Assembly (NCBI GenBank): GCA_902546145.1
Contig: CACCIT010000003.1
Span: 4,689 to 68,688, forward strand
DNA length: 64,000 nucleotides
Direction of reading: 5' to 3'
DNA from: an uncultured Pelagibacteraceae bacterium
Lineage (GTDB): Bacteria; Pseudomonadota; Alphaproteobacteria; Pelagibacterales; Pelagibacteraceae
A program made the position numbers and the translations under genes. The first letter of the stretch is position 1. Every line of letters begins with the position of its first letter. Under the pieces are notes generated by a model. That model was not told where the DNA came from, did no database searches, and saw only the letters and a list, made by a program, of their open reading frames with translations. This document shows positions 58,429 to 64,000 of the stretch, one piece after another.

Positions 58429-59784
58429 TTAATTAAATTCTTTAATTCCTAGGCCTTTTAATTTTCTATGTAAGGCACTTCTTTCCATTCCAACAAAATT
58501 AGCTGTTTTTGAAATATTTCCATTAAATTTTTTCAATTGAATAGTTAAATACTCCTTTTCAAATTTTTCTCTAGCCTCTTTTAATGGCACAGATAGGCTG
58601 TTTTCAGCCAATTGTTCATTGAAATTAATATTTTTTAGAGATTCTTTTATTATATTTGAAATTTTTTCCTTTGTGTCAGGTTGCAAAATTGCAATTCGCT
58701 CAATTAAATTTCTTAATTCTCTAACATTACCGTGCCATTCATGATTTAAGATATAAGTATTGTCTTCATCTATTTCTAATTCATTAATATTGTAATTTTC
58801 AGATATTTTTTTTGAAAAATATTTAATTAAAAGTGGAATATCTGAAATACGTTGATTCAATGGTTCAACATTTATTTCAAAAACATTAAGTCTATGAAAT
58901 AGATCTTCTCTAAAATTTCCTATTTCAATTTCTTTCTTCAAATCCTTACTTGAGGAGCATATTAATCTAACATTTACACTTACGTCATTTGAACCATTAA
59001 CTCTTTTAAACTTTTGATCTGTTAGAACTCTCAAAATTTTTGACTGTATATCCAAAGGTATTTCTGAAACTTGATCTATCAGTAAAGTTCCTTTGTTAGC
59101 TTTTTCTAATGCTCCATAAGATATAGAGCCGTTATCTTTTTCTTCTCCAAACAATTCCAATTCGTATTTATTTGAATCTAGCAATGCTCCATTTAAAACT
59201 ATAAAAGGATTTTTATTTCTTTTAGATAATTTATGAATTTTTCTTGCTATTAATTCTTTACCCGATCCTGATGGACCGTTTATAAATACTCTACTTTCAG
59301 TAATTGAAATTTTATTAATTTGATCATTTATATTTAAAATATTTTTACTATTTCCAATTAATTCGTATGATGAAAATAATTTTGTTTCATATTCTTTATT
59401 TTGTTTTTTAAGATTATAATTCTCAACTGCCCTTCTAACAAAATTTAACAATCTCTCTTGATCAAAAGGCTTTTCAATAAATTCAAAAGCTCCCTCATGA
59501 AGAGATTTTACAGCCATTTCAATATTTGCATGACCCGAGATTATAATAACAGGCACATCTTTATCTTTTGATTTAATATGTGTTAACAATTCTATTCCAT
59601 CATTATCACCCTTATCTAATTTTACATCTAGAATGGCAACATCTGGAAGTTTTTTATCTATTTCAGATAATGCTTGATTATAATTAGCAGCAAGTCTGGT
59701 TTTATAACCAGCATCTAAAATTAACTCATTAATAATATTCCTAATATCGGCATTATCATCAACAATTAATATCTCTGAACTCAT
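58429..59784 (-). CDS. ntrX: NtrX response regulator (REC-AAA-HTH)
   Basis: ISGHANIEMAV, GPSGSGKEL, FREDLFHRL, GMERSALHRKLK. ATG at 59784 preferred. Confidence 0.93.
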   Translation of the reverse strand: MSSEILIVDDNADIRNIINELILDAGYKTRLAANYNQALSEIDKKLPDVAILDVKLDKGDNDGIELLTHIKSKDKDVPVIIISGHANIEMAVKSLHEGAFEFIEKPFDQERLLNFVRRAVENYNLKKQNKEYETKLFSSYELIGNSKNILNINDQINKISITESRVFINGPSGSGKELIARKIHKLSKRNKNPFIVLNGALLDSNKYELELFGEEKDNGSISYGALEKANKGTLLIDQVSEIPLDIQSKILRVLTDQKFKRVNGSNDVSVNVRLICSSSKDLKKEIEIGNFREDLFHRLNVFEINVEPLNQRISDIPLLIKYFSKKISENYNINELEIDEDNTYILNHEWHGNVRELRNLIERIAILQPDTKEKISNIIKESLKNINFNEQLAENSLSVPLKEAREKFEKEYLTIQLKKFNGNISKTANFVGMERSALHRKLKGLGIKEFN

Positions 59785-59785
59785 T

Positions 59786-61567
59786 TTATTTAACAAAATC
59801 TATTTTAATTTTCGCACCTTCGTCTAAAGGTATGAATTCAATTTTTCCATTATGATCATTTATAATTTTACTTACTATTGAAAGACCCAATCCAGTTCCA
59901 TTTTTTTTAGTAGTAAAGTATGGATTTAAAATATCTTTAATATTTGCAGCAAATATCCCAAAACCAATACCATTATCTATTATGTTGATTATTATGTGGT
60001 TATTTTCTTCGTTAACTTCAATGGTGATTTTTTTCTCTAAATTACTGTCATTTTCTGCTCTTTGTTGAATACTTTCGATAGAATTTTTAATTAAATTAAA
60101 GAAAACTCGTGCAAGTTGTTCTTTATCGCTATTTAAAAAAACTTCTTTTGAATTGGTGTTAACGGAAATACTAATCGAATTATCTAATTCATTTAATAGT
60201 TTAATATTTTCTTCAATAATTTGAATTAGATTATTTTCTTTTAAAATAGGTTTTGGCATTCGAGCGAAATCAGAAAACTCATTAACTAAATTTCCTATTT
60301 GTTTAATTTGATTATTTATAATCTTAAGGTTTTCATCAAAATTTTGTTTTTCTTTTTCATTAACTTGATTAGAATATTTTGTTTTCATTCTATCTATTGT
60401 TAACTGAATTGGGGTTAAAGGATTTTTAATTTCATGCGCTAGTTTTCTTGCTAGATTACTCCATGCCTCATGTCTTTCATTAATAATCAATTTTTCTTGT
60501 TGATTTCTAAGTCTATCAATCATTAAATTGAAATTTTTATTCAAAATTTCTAAATCTTTATCAGTTTTTACTTCGGGAACCTTTGTATCGAATTTTCCCT
60601 CACCAATAGATACTGATGCATTAATTAAATTGTTTATAGATCTAAAAAACCTAGAAGAAAATCTTATAGCTATTGATATAGAGACAAACAACAATACACT
60701 TACAACAATAACGTAAATAATTGCAAAAGATATTTTAATACCTGTACTTTTTTCCTCAACAGTGTAATAAAAGTTTATAGCTTCTTGAGATTCAGTTAAG
60801 TATTTTGAAATATCTTTATCTAAATATTTAATTACATATAAAAATCTATTGTCAAAATTTTGTAATCTCATAATCGCGGCAGATATATTATCTGGTGCAT
60901 TAATAATTTTTAAAGGTCTATCATCATCAAGCACAAGTGCTAACGCTCTATCAACAGGAGGTATATATGGCTGATTGTCTTGAAGAGAAGTAAACAATAA
61001 TTTTTTATCAATGTTTATAATATGTATTTCATCAACACCTCTAATTAATTTCTGAGTTTCTAGGAATCTTTTATACTCTTTAGGATTATCATTTAAAAAA
61101 TTTTTACTTTTATTAGTATCAAAAGCAATTAAAACAATATCTGATTGAATTTTGTTTCTAATTTCTTTTACATAATTTTTAGCAAGCTCGTAAGAATTAT
61201 TAACTACAGTTGTAACTTTCTTGTCAAAATATTTTTCCAGGGCGAATGAAAAAAGGAACAATGAGAATATTGATATTAAAACTGAAGGTATTAAAGTGAA
61301 AAGAGCAAATACAGTAATATATTTTTTGTTAGATTTTAAACCATCCTTATCAATATCTGTTTTAATTGCTCGTCTAATTTCAAAAAAAATAAATACAAAA
61401 AGTGAAGTTAGAAGTATTATATTTAATATTAGAAGATATTGTAAATTCTTGTCAGTTAATTTTATAAATCCTTTATCAATAAAAGTTAAAAATGTTAAAA
61501 AACCTATCGATAATGTGATAATAAATAATATTATCAAATAAATGTTTTTCTTAATAAAATCTGACAT
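59786..61567 (-). CDS. ntrY: NtrY sensor histidine kinase
   Basis: AWSNLARKLAHEIKNPLTPIQL, HAMP, PYFTTK..GTGLGL. Confidence 0.92.
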   Translation of the reverse strand: MSDFIKKNIYLIILFIITLSIGFLTFLTFIDKGFIKLTDKNLQYLLILNIILLTSLFVFIFFEIRRAIKTDIDKDGLKSNKKYITVFALFTLIPSVLISIFSLFLFSFALEKYFDKKVTTVVNNSYELAKNYVKEIRNKIQSDIVLIAFDTNKSKNFLNDNPKEYKRFLETQKLIRGVDEIHIINIDKKLLFTSLQDNQPYIPPVDRALALVLDDDRPLKIINAPDNISAAIMRLQNFDNRFLYVIKYLDKDISKYLTESQEAINFYYTVEEKSTGIKISFAIIYVIVVSVLLFVSISIAIRFSSRFFRSINNLINASVSIGEGKFDTKVPEVKTDKDLEILNKNFNLMIDRLRNQQEKLIINERHEAWSNLARKLAHEIKNPLTPIQLTIDRMKTKYSNQVNEKEKQNFDENLKIINNQIKQIGNLVNEFSDFARMPKPILKENNLIQIIEENIKLLNELDNSISISVNTNSKEVFLNSDKEQLARVFFNLIKNSIESIQQRAENDSNLEKKITIEVNEENNHIIINIIDNGIGFGIFAANIKDILNPYFTTKKNGTGLGLSIVSKIINDHNGKIEFIPLDEGAKIKIDFVK

Positions 61568-61590
61568 ATGGGTATAAAATTTCTATAAAT

Positions 61591-62691
61591 ATGAGTAACT
61601 ATTTTATAATACTAGCTTCAGGACAAAGTAAAAGATTTAATTCGAAAAAACCTAAACAATACAATATTTACGAGGGTAAGCCTTTATTCAAACACTCTCT
61701 TGATAAAGCTTTAAAATCAAAACTTTTCAAAAAAATAGTAATTGTAGTTAACAATAAAAAAGAAATTAAAGAAATATTTCCTAAAAATGTTTCAATAATT
61801 ATTGGTGGGAAAGAAAGATCTGATTCTTCATTGATTGCTTTGAAGTTTATTAAAAAATACAAACCCACCAATGTACTAATACATGATGCTGCAAGACCAA
61901 ATTTTACAATAAATCTGTTAAATAAATTAATAACTTCACTAAAAAAATATAAAGCAGTAATACCTGCAATCAAATCTAAAGACTCAATAAAGTATAAAAT
62001 TAAAAATCAAATATTCAATTTAAGCAGAGATAATTCTATTTTAACACAAACCCCCCAAGCTTTTAAATTTAAAGAATTATATAACTTATCAATAAAGCAA
62101 AAAAAGATAGTCACAGACGAAGCAACAATATTTATTGAAAACAATCTTAAAGTAAAATTTGTTCAAGGTGAAAATTTAAATACTAAAATTACTTTCAAAG
62201 AAGATATTAAGGAAAAATTAACTTACTTTGGTATTGGGTTTGATATCCATAGATTAATCAAAGGTAAAAAACTTTATTTAGGAGGTATTAAAATACCTTA
62301 CCACTCAGGATTAAAAGGACACTCTGATGGTGATGTAATTATTCATTCAATAATTGACTCGATATTAGGAGCAATGAGAAAAAAAGATATTGGAACCTTT
62401 TTTCCAGATAAGAGTAACAAGTTTAAAAATATTAGATCTCCAAAGATGCTAAAACCAATAATAAAGTTATTAAATTCAAATAATTACTATATCAATAATT
62501 TAGATATTAATCTGATATGTGAAAAACCAAAAATATCAAAATACAGAGATAAAATAATAAATTCTCTTTCAAATCTGTTAGATTTAAATAAAGATTTAAT
62601 TAATTTAAAAGGTAAAACTACAGAAAAACTTGGATTAATAGGAAAAGAAAAAGCAATTGCATGTGAAGTAATTTGCTCGATATCAAAATGA
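61591..62691 (+). CDS. ispDF: bifunctional MEP cytidylyltransferase / MECDP synthase
   Basis: LIHDAARP, QTPQ; GIGFDIH, GHSDGDV, DIG, KGKTTEKLG. Confidence 0.94.
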   Translation: MSNYFIILASGQSKRFNSKKPKQYNIYEGKPLFKHSLDKALKSKLFKKIVIVVNNKKEIKEIFPKNVSIIIGGKERSDSSLIALKFIKKYKPTNVLIHDAARPNFTINLLNKLITSLKKYKAVIPAIKSKDSIKYKIKNQIFNLSRDNSILTQTPQAFKFKELYNLSIKQKKIVTDEATIFIENNLKVKFVQGENLNTKITFKEDIKEKLTYFGIGFDIHRLIKGKKLYLGGIKIPYHSGLKGHSDGDVIIHSIIDSILGAMRKKDIGTFFPDKSNKFKNIRSPKMLKPIIKLLNSNNYYINNLDINLICEKPKISKYRDKIINSLSNLLDLNKDLINLKGKTTEKLGLIGKEKAIACEVICSISK

Positions 62692-63179
62692 AAAAAATTA
62701 ATGTTTTAATCTCAACTTTCTTTGGTTACGGTTACTTAACAAAAATGCCTGGCACTGTTGCATCAGTTGTCACAACAATCTTTATTTATATAGCTTATGA
62801 AATTCTTGATTATACAAGTTTAAAATTCTCAATAGTTTTCTTTGTTATTTTGTTTTTTTATTCTTTTTATGCAGTCAGAGACTCAGAAAGTGAATTTGAA
62901 AACAAAGATCCTAGACAAATAGTAATTGATGAAGTTTTGGGTCAATCAATGCCTTTGATACTTTTGCTATACTTAAATCAAACCAATCAAATCAATATTG
63001 ATATTGAATTTTATTATATAATCTCTTTATTATCATTTAGATTTTTTGATATTTTAAAGCCATTTCCAGTTAGCTATTTTGATAAAAATCATAAAAATTA
63101 TTTTGGTATTATTATGGATGATATAATGGCTGGTCTTTACTCAATGGTTGTAGTCTATTTAGTTAGTTTCATATTTTGA
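62688..63179 (+). CDS. pgpA: phosphatidylglycerophosphatase A
   Basis: PGT, DPRQIVIDEVLGQ, FRFFDILKPFP, GIIMDDIMAG. Confidence 0.92.
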   Translation: MKKINVLISTFFGYGYLTKMPGTVASVVTTIFIYIAYEILDYTSLKFSIVFFVILFFYSFYAVRDSESEFENKDPRQIVIDEVLGQSMPLILLLYLNQTNQINIDIEFYYIISLLSFRFFDILKPFPVSYFDKNHKNYFGIIMDDIMAGLYSMVVVYLVSFIF

Positions 63180-63646
63180 TGAATTTAAAAAAACTACATA
63201 AAAAATTGATAGATAAAAAATTAACAATTTCTGTAGCTGAATCTTGTACAGGAGGTTTGTTGGCTAGCAATCTTACTAAACTAGCAAATTCATCCAAATA
63301 CTTTCAAATGGGTTTAATTACATACTCTAATGAGGCAAAAACTAAAATCTTAAAAATAGATGGAAATATCATTAAAAAATATGGTGCTGTAAGTAAAGAA
63401 TGCTGTGAAGAAATGGTAAAGAATTTATATAAAATTTCTAGAAGCAAAATTAATGTATCAATTACTGGTATAGCTGGGCCAGGAGGAGGATCTAAATTAA
63501 AACCAGTTGGTCTTGTCTATATTGGGATTAAAACAGGAAAATATTTATTAATTTTAGAAAATAAATTTAAATCTAAGAACAGATCAAGTATTCAAAAAAA
63601 TACTGTAAGAGAAGTATTAAATAAAATTACAAAAATTATTTCTTAA
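63176..63646 (+). CDS. cinA: CinA C-terminal / NMN deamidase (PncC) family protein
   Basis: AESCTGG, YSNEAK, GAVS, SITGIAGPGG, KPVGLV. Confidence 0.9.
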   Translation: MMNLKKLHKKLIDKKLTISVAESCTGGLLASNLTKLANSSKYFQMGLITYSNEAKTKILKIDGNIIKKYGAVSKECCEEMVKNLYKISRSKINVSITGIAGPGGGSKLKPVGLVYIGIKTGKYLLILENKFKSKNRSSIQKNTVREVLNKITKIIS

Positions 63647-64000
63647 AGATTTTCAGCTCTTTTTTGAAAAGCATCAGCTATTTTGTTTAAACCAAATTGA
63701 AATGATTTTTCCATTATTAAATTCAAAAACTTATTTTTAATTTCAAAATCAACATCAAATTGAACTTCTGTTAAATTATCTTTTTCTACAAATTTCCAAT
63801 TATTTTCAAGATGTTTTAAAGGACCATCAATATTGGTTACATGAATAGAGTCGTTTTTTTTATCATATCTGACATCACTTTTATAAGTATCTATAAAGGG
63901 TCTTTTACCAATGGTCAGATCAGCAATTATTTTTTTTACATCTCCCTCATCATTTGTTTCATAAACTTTTGAGTCTATGCAAAATGGAATAAATTCAGGA
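63643..64000 (-). CDS. RatA/Coq10 START-domain protein, 3' part
   Basis: Manual translation: PEFIPFC...ADLTIG...DGPLKHLENNWKF...FDVDFEIK...IADAFQKRAENL*. Confidence 0.85.
   Translation of the reverse strand, partial: PEFIPFCIDSKVYETNDEGDVKKIIADLTIGKRPFIDTYKSDVRYDKKNDSIHVTNIDGPLKHLENNWKFVEKDNLTEVQFDVDFEIKNKFLNLIMEKSFQFGLNKIADAFQKRAENL

Noticed and set aside
1694-61973. Numerous 60-140 aa ORFs antisense to or nested in long genes (e.g. 2168, 20501, 21278, 25861, 28514, 38702, 57404)
   Set aside because: They lie within well-supported genes on the opposite strand or frame and show no motifs or RBS.
63643-64000. RatA as a toxin-antitoxin system
   Set aside because: It is a Coq10/START-family housekeeping protein in its usual position next to cinA; the gene is partial and no antitoxin is visible.
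1-64000. CRISPR array, IS elements, rRNA
   Set aside because: No spaced repeat array, transposase ORF or rRNA-like segment was seen.

Overview
A very AT-rich, tightly packed alphaproteobacterial window. Gene content, order and tiny intergenic spacers point to Candidatus Pelagibacter (SAR11). Housekeeping blocks lie on both sides: nagZ-argS-dgt-erpA-xth-zur-znuBCA on the left; manC-ilvD-valS-tRNAs-aapJQMP-trkAH-ntrYX-ispDF-pgpA-cinA on the right. They flank a ~35 kb phosphorus-starvation island (~8.9-44.4 kb). The island holds a C-P lyase (phnGHIJKLN, phnM, phnF, and DUF1045 in place of phnP), phnCDEE, an orphan phnZ, an orphan phnX, arsC plus an aquaglyceroporin, ppk1/ppx/sixA, pstSCAB-phoU-phoB, phoR, and a P-free lipid module (olsB-like, acyltransferase, agt, plcP, DAG kinase). 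Reading the intergenic DNA shows 11-bp-phased Pho-box repeats in front of at least nine transcription units, including two unknown proteins. In four cases the box sits 21-22 nt before an SD-less ATG, which suggests leaderless mRNAs. The most striking candidate is an Fe(II)/2-oxoglutarate dioxygenase at the island edge. Its motifs match my recollection of HtxA (hypophosphite dioxygenase), hinting at reduced-phosphorus use by SAR11. No integrase, transposase or CRISPR array is visible. All calls are from motif recognition; no database search was run.
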